A stretch of DNA of 64,000 nt from a virus. The notes under the pieces were generated by a model. The model ran no database searches and had not been told where the DNA came from. It worked only from the letters and a program-made list of their open reading frames with translations. The position numbers and the translations under genes are program-made. The stretch is taken from IMG/VR virus record IMGVR_UViG_3300020202_000065; one strand, 5' to 3'. The first letter of the stretch is position 1; every line of letters starts with the position of its first letter. This document shows, piece after piece, positions 33,660 through 43,876 of this stretch.

Positions 33660-33902
33660 GTGAGCACGTCCAGCCGTGTGCTGACATTCGTCAAAGCGTT
33701 TCATGTCGAATGCGATAAGCATCTGCGTGGAACCAAGGACAGGCCGCTCAGCGAACGCGTGAAACTCGCGCGCGCCGCGTTCCCTTCCTGGGCCAAGCGC
33801 AACACCTACCGCCGCCGTCTGTGGAACCACTACATCAAAGAGATGCTCGGGCTCAAGCGCCTTCGTGACGCATCGCCGCGAAAGAAGGCGATGGCGATAT
33901 GA
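33660..33902 (+). CDS. Hypothetical basic protein
   Basis: GTG start behind GGAGG. Confidence 0.7.
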   Translation: MSTSSRVLTFVKAFHVECDKHLRGTKDRPLSERVKLARAAFPSWAKRNTYRRRLWNHYIKEMLGLKRLRDASPRKKAMAI

Positions 33903-34408
33903 CACACGATGAACTTGTCGCACGCGCTGTTCGCTGGCTCAAAAACACCAAGCGCTGCGGCGTTATTGTTCATGAGTGGTATAGCGCCTGCCGCGAATTC
34001 CCAGATGCGATCGGATGGCGGCTGGGTTCGTTCTCATATCTCGTGGAATGCAAGGTCAGCGTCGAAGACTTTCACGCTGATAAGCAGAAGCACTTCCGAA
34101 GAGAAAACAAGTCTGCCGGATCGTTCCGCTACTACATGACGCCGCGCGGGCTACTTGACGGCAAACACCATCTCATTCTGCCAGGCTGGGGATTGCTCGA
34201 AGTACATGGCAGGATCGTTAAGGAAGTTATACCCGCCGTTCAGGACTATGAGGCTGGAGCACGTCACGAAGTTCAGATGTTGTACTCAGCTCTCAGGCGA
34301 ATCTCCGTCGGCTATAAGCCGCGAAACCTGATTCTCACCGAGACCATCCATGAAGAAGACCAGAAAACAGGAACCGACGCCGGCGAACCCAAAGGAACTC
34401 CTGCGTGA
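33899..34408 (+). CDS. PD-(D/E)XK-fold, MmcB-like protein
   Basis: PDAIG...VECKVS..DF..D...RYY..P.GL...GWGLL. Confidence 0.7.
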   Translation: MTHDELVARAVRWLKNTKRCGVIVHEWYSACREFPDAIGWRLGSFSYLVECKVSVEDFHADKQKHFRRENKSAGSFRYYMTPRGLLDGKHHLILPGWGLLEVHGRIVKEVIPAVQDYEAGARHEVQMLYSALRRISVGYKPRNLILTETIHEEDQKTGTDAGEPKGTPA

Positions 34409-34664
34409 ACTGACCAGCGATCAACTCATAAAGGAACTTGAGCGCCGTTTTCCCGCCATGCTGTTTGCAGGTCTGCGTCAGATCGACGGCAACAAGATGG
34501 ACACCGTCTACAGCGAGAAGGGGCCTCCGGAGATTCAAATTGCCTTGTTCGCCGGCATGGAAGGGCGGGTCAGTGGCCACTGCAAGACCTCAAAGATTCA
34601 GCGGCCGGAAGAAGATGATGAGGACGGCGGAAACACAGAGCGCGTTGGATCATTCAATCTTTAA
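34350..34664 (+). CDS. Hypothetical protein
   Basis: TAATG coupling to the next gene. Confidence 0.65.
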   Translation: MKKTRKQEPTPANPKELLRELTSDQLIKELERRFPAMLFAGLRQIDGNKMDTVYSEKGPPEIQIALFAGMEGRVSGHCKTSKIQRPEEDDEDGGNTERVGSFNL

Positions 34665-35107
34665 TGAGTGCAACAACTGAGATGACTCCGGACTGGTGGG
34701 TGACAAAAGATGGCGACAAAGCGTGCCTCTCACTCTTCAAACGGCACTACACCGCGCGCAAAGCGAGGAAGATCGAACAATTCGTTGGCCCAGGAGAGTC
34801 CCTTGTTCTCCGCACCTGGGACGAACTCGCAATGTTCGTCTGGCGCAAGTTTATCGACGACGCAGTCCCAAAACAGGAAGGTGTCAACTGTGCGGTCTTC
34901 AGGAACGAAGGACCGTACCTCAGTTCAGAGCTTATCCGACAGGCTGACGCCATCGCTGATATCGGCTGGCCTGGTGAGAGGCACTATACCTACGTCGATC
35001 CGGAGAGAGTCAGATCCAAAAATCCGGGCTACTGCTTTCTTATGGCCGGCTGGAAACGATGTGGATTCACAAAGACCGGGCTGTTGATTTTGGAAAGGAA
35101 CCCATGA
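34664..35107 (+). CDS. Putative Mom/GNAT-like DNA-modification protein
   Basis: RHY...VGPGE...CAVFRNE...YTYVD...NPGYCF..AGW. Confidence 0.5.
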   Translation: MSATTEMTPDWWVTKDGDKACLSLFKRHYTARKARKIEQFVGPGESLVLRTWDELAMFVWRKFIDDAVPKQEGVNCAVFRNEGPYLSSELIRQADAIADIGWPGERHYTYVDPERVRSKNPGYCFLMAGWKRCGFTKTGLLILERNP

Positions 35108-36219
35108 GTAAGTCACAGATCGAATGGACAGACTTCACCTGGAATCCTGTCACGGGGTGCGATCGCACCTCGCCGGGGTGCCTGAACTGCTACGCCAAGC
35201 AGCTCCATGACATGCGGTACAAGGCTCACTTAGCGGGCAAGAACGTGGCGCCGTGCTATCACGAGCCGTTTGAAAGCGTGCAGTGCCATCCCGATCGCCT
35301 CGATGCCTTGCCGCTGAATGGAGCGCCACGCAAGGTGTTTGTGAATTCGATGAGCGACCTGTTCCACAAGGACGTGCCCGACGAATTCATCGACGAAGTT
35401 TTTGCGGCCATGGCTTTCCGGCCGCACATGACGTTTCAAATTCTCACGAAGCGAGCGCAACGGTTGCCGCAATATTTCGAGGGATTGAACAGGCGCCGGC
35501 AGGGATTTTTTCACGAGCACCACGGTTACTTCAGTGAACTGTTAGAAGAGCGCTACGGAAGTGATGCGGCTCAGGCGGCGTGGTCGAGATTGAAAGCGTT
35601 CCATCATGGGCCCAAGCCGGCGACATCGATCGGTGATGCTACCGCGTGGCCCTGGCCGCTCCCCAACGTCTGGCTCGGCGTGTCGGTGGAAAACCAGAAG
35701 TACGCCGACGAGCGCGGCTATTGGCTACGGAAGACGCCCGCGGCTGTACGCTTCTTTAGCTGTGAGCCGCTGCTTGGGGCGCTCGACCTGTCGGCATCGC
35801 TTGCCTGTAGTAATTGCGGCGCTGTCGTCGCAGCACGGGACGAAATGGGCGCGTGCGGACGGTGCGGCTCGGGGCTGCCAGGCATTCACTGGGTGATCGT
35901 CGGCGGTGAGTCCGGCGCCGGCGCTCGGCCGATGCACCCCGATTGGGCGCGCTCGATCCGGGATCAGTGCACCGCTGCCGGCGTACAATTCTTCTTTAAA
36001 CAGTGGGGGGAGTGGCGCTTACGGGAACTCGGAGATAGCGACGATCAACCCCGGCTGCGTATCGGCGAGCACGGTAAGAACACACAGGACCTTGCGAATT
36101 GCGGTCCGGACATGGGGAATGAAGTCTGGATGCAGCGAGTTGGCACGAAGCGTGCCGGCCGGCTGCTCGACGGCCGCGAGTGGAACGAATTCCCTGCACA
36201 GGAAAGGGTCAGTGCATGA
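35104..36219 (+). CDS. Gp37/Gp68 (DUF5131) radical-SAM-like protein
   Basis: IEWTD.TWNPVTGCDRTSPGCLNCYA; FVNSMSDLFH; WVIVGGESG; FFFKQWG. Confidence 0.9.
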   Translation: MSKSQIEWTDFTWNPVTGCDRTSPGCLNCYAKQLHDMRYKAHLAGKNVAPCYHEPFESVQCHPDRLDALPLNGAPRKVFVNSMSDLFHKDVPDEFIDEVFAAMAFRPHMTFQILTKRAQRLPQYFEGLNRRRQGFFHEHHGYFSELLEERYGSDAAQAAWSRLKAFHHGPKPATSIGDATAWPWPLPNVWLGVSVENQKYADERGYWLRKTPAAVRFFSCEPLLGALDLSASLACSNCGAVVAARDEMGACGRCGSGLPGIHWVIVGGESGAGARPMHPDWARSIRDQCTAAGVQFFFKQWGEWRLRELGDSDDQPRLRIGEHGKNTQDLANCGPDMGNEVWMQRVGTKRAGRLLDGREWNEFPAQERVSA

Positions 36220-36473
36220 GCGACAATCAGACGCTGTATGTGGACATCGCTAACATGGAAGAGGACAGCCGCATCGATACCATCGGTCAGACCGTCATGA
36301 AGCACCGCAAAACAGTGGCCTTCATGACCGACTCTGATCCTGGGAAAGCCGAGCGCTACATTGCCAAACTGAAGGCGAAGTTTCCAGGCATCAGAATCGT
36401 CGACTTTTTCAATGGTCCTGTTCCTGGCGCTGTCACCGTCAAGGTGGCGCCGGCGGATTCAACACTTAACTGA
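36216..36473 (+). CDS. Hypothetical protein
   Basis: ATGA coupling. Confidence 0.75.
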   Translation: MSDNQTLYVDIANMEEDSRIDTIGQTVMKHRKTVAFMTDSDPGKAERYIAKLKAKFPGIRIVDFFNGPVPGAVTVKVAPADSTLN

Positions 36474-36482
36474 GATGCCACT

Positions 36483-37214
36483 GTGGACCTGAATCACATC
36501 CTCACATCCAAGCCAGTTGTCGATCGCACCGATGTGAAGGCGCATCTCGAAACGCTGCTCAGCGGCAAGGCGCGGCGCTACTCGCTGCCGATGCTGCGCG
36601 CACTTCTGCCTGGATCCCCGCGTACGCTCTTCGAACTTGCCAAAGCCGGGAAGGTGTCACGAAATTTCGCCCGGACCTGGCTCAAGCCCTTTGTCGAGAC
36701 GCGCGCGGTGAAAGCCGTCGAGTCCGATCTGCGTGGCCCAGGTGCCCCGCGTTTTGTTTACTCGTCCACAGATGAACTCCGTTCAGTGCTTCAACTCTGC
36801 GTTGAAGAGGTTGAGAATGCAGCGCAGCGCCGCAAGCTGGAAGAATACTTCGGCTACGTTCCGGCATTCTCTGAGATGAAGGATCTCGCCGCACCAGTCA
36901 CCAAGGCCGAGCGCCTCTACTTCTGTCAGCGCTATATGCATCTGGTTGCTGCGTTTACCGAGTTCTGTGAGCAGGCGCATCAGGTTCGCGCCCGCGGCAG
37001 CCTCGCACTGCTCTGTGCCAAAGAGTTGCAGAAGGGGCCTCTGACCAGAAAGGCGCTCTGTGCCAGGCTGGACCTCAAGCCAGAATCATCGCGGTTCGTT
37101 CTTCAGACGCTCAAGTCCATGCAGAAACGCTTCGGCCTGGTCGAGAAAGTCAGCGGCCGGTTCTATCTTGTCGCTGAAAAGCGTCTGCTGATTTCCTACG
37201 CTGAAAATATTTAG
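36483..37214 (+). CDS. Tandem winged-helix DNA-binding protein
   Basis: PRTLFELA...GPGAPRFVY and GPLTRKALC...GLVEKVSGRFYL. Confidence 0.6.
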   Translation: MDLNHILTSKPVVDRTDVKAHLETLLSGKARRYSLPMLRALLPGSPRTLFELAKAGKVSRNFARTWLKPFVETRAVKAVESDLRGPGAPRFVYSSTDELRSVLQLCVEEVENAAQRRKLEEYFGYVPAFSEMKDLAAPVTKAERLYFCQRYMHLVAAFTEFCEQAHQVRARGSLALLCAKELQKGPLTRKALCARLDLKPESSRFVLQTLKSMQKRFGLVEKVSGRFYLVAEKRLLISYAENI

Positions 37215-37223
37215 CGCTTGCTA

Positions 37224-38231
37224 TCAACCCCAGTCGATCACGAGTGGTCGCGCCGTTCCTTCCACGGAGTGCGACCCGAACGAATAGCCAGATATTTGTC
37301 CGACGCTGCCTCCTGAAGTACCTCCGCCTGCCGTCTCGTTGTCTGTCCCGAGGATAAAGGAAAGGCGAGCACCTTTTTGCGGCTCGATGATCGCAGCGCT
37401 CACCGGCAGGTTGTAATCGCCAACAGCTGGCGCAGCGACCTGCAGAAGATTGTTGAGGTTGTATGCGACAGCAACTGATCCGTAGGTGTGATCATCTGTA
37501 TTGGATGAATACAGAACAAGATTGAAAGCTTCCAGCGTCTGATCGACAACAACTACGCCGAAACGTAGCTGGGCCGATACAACGTGTGCCTGATCAAACC
37601 AGTCTGGAATCCTGTGCGATTGCAAAAAGCGGCGGCGTAGCATGCGTGTGCCGGCACCTGACGCCCGCTCCTTGCCGATGCGACCTGTCAGGCTTCCGAG
37701 GCTTTCAGAGACCAGCGTATTGTACGGATTGTCGTTTCGATTGAAGCCCGTTGATTCGGTGCTGAACGTTGGAATCTTCTGCACGCCAGCGATGCGCAAC
37801 GATTTACGCAACTCAGCTATGGCATCGCCCTTCATTCTCTTTCCGGCGCCAACGTCTGCGAAAAATGAAAAGTTCGCGAAACCTTCAGCGACACGCAAGG
37901 CATTGATGCGCGTGCGCGCCGTCGTGATGTGCGCCACAGTGATGCGTGTGCCAGGTGTGATGTATGTGAGCGTGAGAAGACTGGTTCCAAATAGTGTGTT
38001 AAACGTTCGGATGCGACGGTTTGCCAAACCATAGATCTGATTCAGGTCGGATGATGCGTTTAGTTCAGGTATCGTTGGAGTGGTCGAGAAGCCAGCTGAT
38101 GAGCCGGCCTGAATACGCGTTGGTTCGCCAGTGTCGATGGTGCCATCAAGTTTCGTCGCACCGGGAATGTTATATAGATCATCGCCGCTGGTTCCGACGC
38201 GCGGCGCCCAGGTGACTAAATCGAATGCCAT
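37224..38231 (-). CDS. Minor tail/baseplate-associated protein
   Basis: Last gene of the structural operon; TAATG coupling. Confidence 0.6.
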   Translation of the reverse strand: MAFDLVTWAPRVGTSGDDLYNIPGATKLDGTIDTGEPTRIQAGSSAGFSTTPTIPELNASSDLNQIYGLANRRIRTFNTLFGTSLLTLTYITPGTRITVAHITTARTRINALRVAEGFANFSFFADVGAGKRMKGDAIAELRKSLRIAGVQKIPTFSTESTGFNRNDNPYNTLVSESLGSLTGRIGKERASGAGTRMLRRRFLQSHRIPDWFDQAHVVSAQLRFGVVVVDQTLEAFNLVLYSSNTDDHTYGSVAVAYNLNNLLQVAAPAVGDYNLPVSAAIIEPQKGARLSFILGTDNETAGGGTSGGSVGQISGYSFGSHSVEGTARPLVIDWG

Positions 38232-41086
38232 TAACCCCAGACCGCCTTTCTTGCCGTGTACGTGTTCGCAGCCGTGAGCATGAATCCGAGCTGACCGTTG
38301 ACGGTGCCGTTCAGAACTTCGCAGATGGTTGGCTGATCGATCTTCGTCCAGGCACCGCCGCCGGCGGGAACGGAGTAGCGTCCGTTTTGTGACGCAGTGG
38401 TCTGATTCTTCGCAAGAACGATCTTTCCAGCGATTGCGACACCATCTACATTTGCGGTTCCAGAGAGCGCCAGGTTCGCTGTGGATGCACAGTCTGCTAT
38501 CTTGATATCGGCCGCCGCAGAAATTTCGCTATGCCAGGCATGAGCGGAGTTGTTGATGTCCTGCAGGGTGATTCCTGTGAGCCCTGTTTCTTCCTCAGTA
38601 ATTTCGACCACATAGATAATTTCCCCGACTAGCCACGCCTCTTTTACGTGCTGCGTTTCCGTGTTGGTACCGTCGAAGACCTCTCGTTCGATTGCGGAAG
38701 AATACGTATAGGTCAGTCCGCCGATCGTGTTGCCGTCAAAGGGTGTTCTTCTTAATAGATAGGGTTTAGCCACCTCTACAGGCTCTGCCTCTGGATCATC
38801 GACAGGTACACACCAGAGAGTGTCATCATCAACGGAATCGACGGTGTACGCTTTGACCGATGTGCCACCGCCGCCGCCGCCGATACGTACCGGGATCAAG
38901 GCCAAGCCTTCTGGAACATCTTTTAAGGCCACCATTGGTCCGCTGCCTTTTTGCAGCGCCCAATCGTCAACGTTGAATTCTAAAGCATCTCCCTGGGCAA
39001 CAGGTCCAGCCACCCAGGCTTGTGCAATACCCGACGTGACAACACTCAGCTTGCCGTCTCCGTCTGACAGGCTGATGCCGATCATGCGCTTGTCTTTTGC
39101 CTCGACATCCCCCTCTGGTACGACGGAGAATTGACCATCTGCTCGAGGCGTGGCGATGACCGGATCGCCAAAGGCGAAGCTTTCTTCTGCGTCGTTTTCA
39201 ACCGTGACGAAGTTGTCGCGATTCAACGCTTCGAGCGCAGCTTTAACATTTGTCTCATGTTTTGTGCGCGGCCGGTTCTTGCCCTGATTGAGCAGCGAAA
39301 GTGCAGAACGGAGTTGGCTGCGCTCAAACGCACTCTTCACCCGATCTATGCGCTTGCTCTCGCGGTCGACGGCAATCTTGCGCCTAAGTTCGATCTGCGG
39401 TTCATACTCGGGTGACGGCTCATCATTGCCGTAACTGATGCGCTCGACGATTCCATCCGTCGGACTGACGTTTACTGTCACCCGATGCACATCGCCAGTC
39501 GGCATCCAGCCGGCGGTCCCTCGAATCTCCGCCTCACCGCTCTTAACAAAGCGGGGGCGATTGAGTAGTGCTGTCGCTACGTCCTCCGCAATCGCATCAG
39601 CCGGCTTCTCGCCGGCGAGCAGATATTCGTTGGCACCTGCGTGGTCAGCAGTGATGAAGTTCGATCCTTCTAAAGGTCCAGGATCATTAATCGTAAACGC
39701 TTTGCGCAGACCGGAAACCTGTTTGCTTCCGACGCGTTCGTCAGTTCCCCAGAAGGATTTGTAATTCTTGCCAAGAATGACAGCGTCAATATAGGGTTCG
39801 TCTGGCTCAAGATCGTTCGGTGTGAGATAGATAGCTCCGGCATCTTTCGTCGCCTGCTTGATTCGGATTCTCGGCTCTGTGAAAACGACGTGTCCGGTAG
39901 TTGGAATGACCTTGTAGCCATCCTTCATTTCGGAATAACCGTCTGCCACATCCATTGGCAGTTCTACACGCTTGGTATCCAGCTTCACGTCGTGAGCGAA
40001 GACGCGGAAGTCCTTGGTCGGATCTGAGACGAGACCGTCCGTGGCGATTCTGGCCTCACGAACAGGAACTAATCCGTCGAACTCATCCGCAGTCAGTACA
40101 TTTTCGATACCGTCCATGCGGAAGACATGGAACGGAATTGACCTCACATACTCTTCAATCGTCATGTCGTTAAAGAATCGGCCCTCAAGAAAACCGGGGT
40201 CTGGGAGAAAGTCTCCGACAAGGTCGACAAGTGAATTCAGGCCCTCATTCTTGAGATCAGTCTCAAGCTTCATGGGGTCCAAGAAATAAGGGTTCCAAGC
40301 CTCGTTCCATGCTGGGTAAAGAAAGATACCGCGGTATTCATACCGGTTGCGATCGCCAACCACCCACAGACCTGTGTCCACGTCAGGCTGCAGCGCCAGA
40401 CCCTCACGGCCAGACACAATGAACGTTGTCAGGTTGACGAGCATGTCCTCGATATCGCCGATGCCTTTGACGGTGAAGCGCAGGTGGCGCGTGCCGTCAA
40501 AAAGGATGGTCATCTGGATCCCGAGAAGTTCGCAGATCTGGTCCAACGCTGCACCGACCTTGATGCCGGCTGACCAGTCGATGTTGTAGACGTTGTACCG
40601 GCTGTTTTCCCACGAGCTCTGCGCCTCCGCGCGCAGCAGGTCCTGAGCATTCGTCGAATACGTGACTGTGAATCCGGCGATCGCCGACAGCCAAGAGATG
40701 ATCTCATAGGCGTAGATCTTGCCTAAATCATTGAAGTCAGCATCATCAGGGTGAACGTCGAGATCGACTTCAGTATAGACCTCACCGGTGTTCTCATCGA
40801 TCATGTTGAACTTGGCAAAGACGGTGTGGTCGAAGAGGAAATCGCGGAAGTCGACGGCCGTGAGTATGCTACCGCGGCCCTCACCGTTGTTGATAACAGC
40901 CTGAACGTCGACCAGATTGCCCGTCCACCGGCTGGAGGAAACGAGAACGTCGACCTGGCTTCCGCTGATAGAAGCGGCAGGGAATGGCGTATAGATTTCG
41001 CATTGCTGCGGTGCCGCGCCATGCGCCTTTGTAAAGCTGATCCGTTCAATCCAATTGTTGCCGTTTCGAACCTGAGGGACAGGCAT
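38231..41086 (-). CDS. Large tail tip/hub protein, 951 aa
   Basis: Size and position downstream of the tape measure gene. Confidence 0.65.
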   Translation of the reverse strand: MPVPQVRNGNNWIERISFTKAHGAAPQQCEIYTPFPAASISGSQVDVLVSSSRWTGNLVDVQAVINNGEGRGSILTAVDFRDFLFDHTVFAKFNMIDENTGEVYTEVDLDVHPDDADFNDLGKIYAYEIISWLSAIAGFTVTYSTNAQDLLRAEAQSSWENSRYNVYNIDWSAGIKVGAALDQICELLGIQMTILFDGTRHLRFTVKGIGDIEDMLVNLTTFIVSGREGLALQPDVDTGLWVVGDRNRYEYRGIFLYPAWNEAWNPYFLDPMKLETDLKNEGLNSLVDLVGDFLPDPGFLEGRFFNDMTIEEYVRSIPFHVFRMDGIENVLTADEFDGLVPVREARIATDGLVSDPTKDFRVFAHDVKLDTKRVELPMDVADGYSEMKDGYKVIPTTGHVVFTEPRIRIKQATKDAGAIYLTPNDLEPDEPYIDAVILGKNYKSFWGTDERVGSKQVSGLRKAFTINDPGPLEGSNFITADHAGANEYLLAGEKPADAIAEDVATALLNRPRFVKSGEAEIRGTAGWMPTGDVHRVTVNVSPTDGIVERISYGNDEPSPEYEPQIELRRKIAVDRESKRIDRVKSAFERSQLRSALSLLNQGKNRPRTKHETNVKAALEALNRDNFVTVENDAEESFAFGDPVIATPRADGQFSVVPEGDVEAKDKRMIGISLSDGDGKLSVVTSGIAQAWVAGPVAQGDALEFNVDDWALQKGSGPMVALKDVPEGLALIPVRIGGGGGGTSVKAYTVDSVDDDTLWCVPVDDPEAEPVEVAKPYLLRRTPFDGNTIGGLTYTYSSAIEREVFDGTNTETQHVKEAWLVGEIIYVVEITEEETGLTGITLQDINNSAHAWHSEISAAADIKIADCASTANLALSGTANVDGVAIAGKIVLAKNQTTASQNGRYSVPAGGGAWTKIDQPTICEVLNGTVNGQLGFMLTAANTYTARKAVWG

Positions 41087-41088
41087 AA

Positions 41089-41442
41089 TCAGACTTCCTC
41101 GTCTTGCCGGTAAATCGTTGTTGGCATCGGGTCCGTATTGATGACGCGTTGGATCAACGTTCCCGGACCCAGGCCCGAGGGCGTCAGTCCCCCTCCGCTA
41201 AACTCAACTTCGTTCATCGCGATCATCAGCCCGTCTTGTGAACGCCAGACGAAACCGCTGGCGGGCACGTCATAGTCAACACCGATCCGGACCGCCACGC
41301 AGTCCAGAAGGATGCTGCCCACGCTGAGAAACAGATCGCCGCTGACAAGAATCGTGCTCAGCCGCCCACCTGAAAGATGAGTGGCTCTGCGCGCGTCAGC
41401 GCCGAATACGAAGCGCCCCGACAGAAGGGGAATGAGGTTCAT
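41089..41442 (-). CDS. Hypothetical tail-region protein
   Basis: SD GGGAGG; operon position. Confidence 0.65.
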   Translation of the reverse strand: MNLIPLLSGRFVFGADARRATHLSGGRLSTILVSGDLFLSVGSILLDCVAVRIGVDYDVPASGFVWRSQDGLMIAMNEVEFSGGGLTPSGLGPGTLIQRVINTDPMPTTIYRQDEEV

Positions 41443-41455
41443 GTTCGCCCTCCCG

Positions 41456-42157
41456 TCAGTTCAGTGACTGTGCAGCATCGCCGCTTGTGTAGTCCACTCC
41501 GTCGATCGTCACGCGGACATGTACCGAATAGTTCTTATTCGGACTGAGCGATACGCTCGGCTTTTGCAGGTAAAAGCGGCCGTTGCCGTCCGGGCTTGCG
41601 CTGGTGAGATTGGCAATCACAGTGCCCGTCGCTGTCTCACGCAGAATGACCTGGCAAGATGTCGGCGTGGTGTAGAGCTGGCCGTTGCGGTGCGCCCACA
41701 CCGTAAAGTCCACGATCTGACCGCTGTAGTCATACTGAGGATTGGCGAAGACCTGAAAGACCGGCTCGGCTGCATCCTCGAGCGCCTTACCGACCGTGTC
41801 CGTCGAGAAGCCGGTAGCCGCGGCATTGAGCAGCCTGGCTTCTACGCGCTTGTCAATCGAACTTACGGCCCGGTAGACCTGATTGCCATCCGGCGGAATG
41901 ACCAGAAGGCCGAAGAGTCCTTCCTGATTGATGATCGTTCCCGGAAGCGCCAAGGCGTACAGACCTTCGCCACGCTCAGACCAGTCCTCAGCCCCCGGTG
42001 AATGCGCTTGAAGTGCCGAGTCCCCGTGACGCGTGTACTTCACAGTGATCTGACCGTAAGCGATTCCGGTTGCCGGGGATCCTGAATTGGTCAGCAGCCA
42101 CACCGGAAGTTTGGCAGCTTCGTCTTTCCAAAGAGTCGGGATTGTGACTGGTTCCAT
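41456..42157 (-). CDS. Virion structural protein (Ig-like beta folds)
   Basis: Beta-rich; tail region. Confidence 0.6.
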   Translation of the reverse strand: MEPVTIPTLWKDEAAKLPVWLLTNSGSPATGIAYGQITVKYTRHGDSALQAHSPGAEDWSERGEGLYALALPGTIINQEGLFGLLVIPPDGNQVYRAVSSIDKRVEARLLNAAATGFSTDTVGKALEDAAEPVFQVFANPQYDYSGQIVDFTVWAHRNGQLYTTPTSCQVILRETATGTVIANLTSASPDGNGRFYLQKPSVSLSPNKNYSVHVRVTIDGVDYTSGDAAQSLN

Positions 42158-42165
42158 GTCCGTTC

Positions 42166-42585
42166 CTATCCGCCAATCGTGGCGCCATTGAGTGTTCGCA
42201 CGGCAACGATCTCATCGTTTACCAGTGCAGTGAACATCGCATCCGCTGGGACCTGGTCTCCTACAGGCCCCGTAAATCTAAGTTTGGCAGTCGCCCGCGT
42301 GGCAACTGCATCGACAGCCAGGCTGGAAAACGCACTCTCATTGCCGTCCGCGTCGACGGCCTTGACCTTTGCATAAACGGTCAGTCCGAAGGATAGGTTC
42401 ACGATCTTGGTCTTTGTGCCTGTCACCGGTTTGAAATTTGCCTTGCTGAACGTTCCCGTGGGTGATGTGGCAATGTAGACATCATAATGGCTCACGGGAT
42501 CCACAGAGGCCGTCCACTGCATTTCCAGAACGCCGTTGCCGACGTTCCGTGTCATGACATTCGTGGGAGCTGCTGGGCTCGGCAT
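42166..42585 (-). CDS. Fibronectin type III domain virion protein
   Basis: PAAPTNV...MQWTAS...YDVY...VKAVDADGNESAFS. Confidence 0.8.
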   Translation of the reverse strand: MPSPAAPTNVMTRNVGNGVLEMQWTASVDPVSHYDVYIATSPTGTFSKANFKPVTGTKTKIVNLSFGLTVYAKVKAVDADGNESAFSSLAVDAVATRATAKLRFTGPVGDQVPADAMFTALVNDEIVAVRTLNGATIGG

Positions 42586-42586
42586 A

Positions 42587-42826
42587 TTAGACGATCGCTC
42601 CGTTCTTCACACAGAAGTGGCCGCATTCGCCGGCGTCAATCGACGGTGAGAGCGTAATCGTCTCAACGCTCTCTCCGGATTCACGCTTCCAGACCAGACC
42701 GCTTCTCGTAGGTGCAGGTTCAGGTGCGCCTCCAATCGGTGGTGAAAACGGCACGCGAATATTCCCGCCGCAGCGGTGTGCCCCCTGACATTCAACGATA
42801 AGAACGTTCCCGCCTTTAATCTCCAT
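42587..42826 (-). CDS. DUF6527-like small Zn-binding protein
   Basis: C...CG...W...TLSPSI...CGHF.VKNG. Confidence 0.65.
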   Translation of the reverse strand: MEIKGGNVLIVECQGAHRCGGNIRVPFSPPIGGAPEPAPTRSGLVWKRESGESVETITLSPSIDAGECGHFCVKNGAIV

Positions 42827-42835
42827 TGGCGTCTC

Positions 42836-43876
42836 CTAGAAGATGACAGGACTTCCACCGTAGACCCCGCCGGTGAGCGCCGGCGTTGGGTAGAACCGAG
42901 TGACATTCCACTCGATCTTGTACTCGCTGGGGTACTCCACAATCCTGCGGTTCTCTTCAATCACATCCGAAGTCACTGGGAACTGTGCGGCGATCTCCGT
43001 CATGGCGGCCGCCCGAGCATTCGCCATCGTGTCTGCAACGATGAACCCGGATGCAATGATATGCTGACCGTTGCGGCCCAGTCGCTGTGTCAGAGCATCA
43101 TTGGAGAAGGGCAGGTAGTGCACGGCCACGCGCTCGCTGTTATCGATGCTGCGTGAACTCGACATCTTCTTGACGCCGCTGGCCGCGACCTGGGTGTCAT
43201 AGTCAAAGGACAGCGTATAACTCAGTCGCCGGTCACCAATATCTGGCGCATATGTTGCGCGACCGGCCCTGACAGACTGAACGAAACTGCCATAGGTCAG
43301 CGTGCCGTCGGTGGCCATCGCAGCCAGTATTGCGTTCCACTCCGTGAAATTTCCTGTCGTGGTGCCTTTGTCCAAGATTCCCTGAAGGGTAATGGTCACT
43401 CTGGCCGCATCCCGAGCTGCCTCAGGCGATGGGCGGTTTACAACAAACTCTCGTCCCATAATCGGAATAGGGTTGAAGGTGTAGCCGTTGTAACTGACGG
43501 TGATGGGATTGTAGTGCGTCTCACTCAGCGGGAAATACAGCAGCCGGATCGTGTATTCTGCGTCATACTGCCCCCAATCCTCGGGGATATCCACGCTCAA
43601 TACCTTGGCGATCGTATTGACGCGCGTTGTCACGCCGTCATTGATGTAAAGTACTTGCCCATCGAGAGCGAGAGCTGCCTGCAGAGCCCAGATTTTTGTC
43701 TGTACCTCGTTCAGGTTGCTGCCGAAAAGGTTTCCTTTCAGCGTGACGCTGCGCTCGATATTGCCGCCGCCGTAACCGCTTTCACCCAACCGCTTGATGT
43801 TGTCGCGGATCCCGAACTGGGGCACAGGATTGAAGGTGTAGTTACCATACTTGATCGTTGCCAAACTCTGAGCCAT
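42836..43876 (-). CDS. Distal tail-like protein with an internal duplication
   Basis: Directly after the tape measure gene; YGNYTFNPVP and YNGYTFNPIP repeats. Confidence 0.7.
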   Translation of the reverse strand: MAQSLATIKYGNYTFNPVPQFGIRDNIKRLGESGYGGGNIERSVTLKGNLFGSNLNEVQTKIWALQAALALDGQVLYINDGVTTRVNTIAKVLSVDIPEDWGQYDAEYTIRLLYFPLSETHYNPITVSYNGYTFNPIPIMGREFVVNRPSPEAARDAARVTITLQGILDKGTTTGNFTEWNAILAAMATDGTLTYGSFVQSVRAGRATYAPDIGDRRLSYTLSFDYDTQVAASGVKKMSSSRSIDNSERVAVHYLPFSNDALTQRLGRNGQHIIASGFIVADTMANARAAAMTEIAAQFPVTSDVIEENRRIVEYPSEYKIEWNVTRFYPTPALTGGVYGGSPVIF

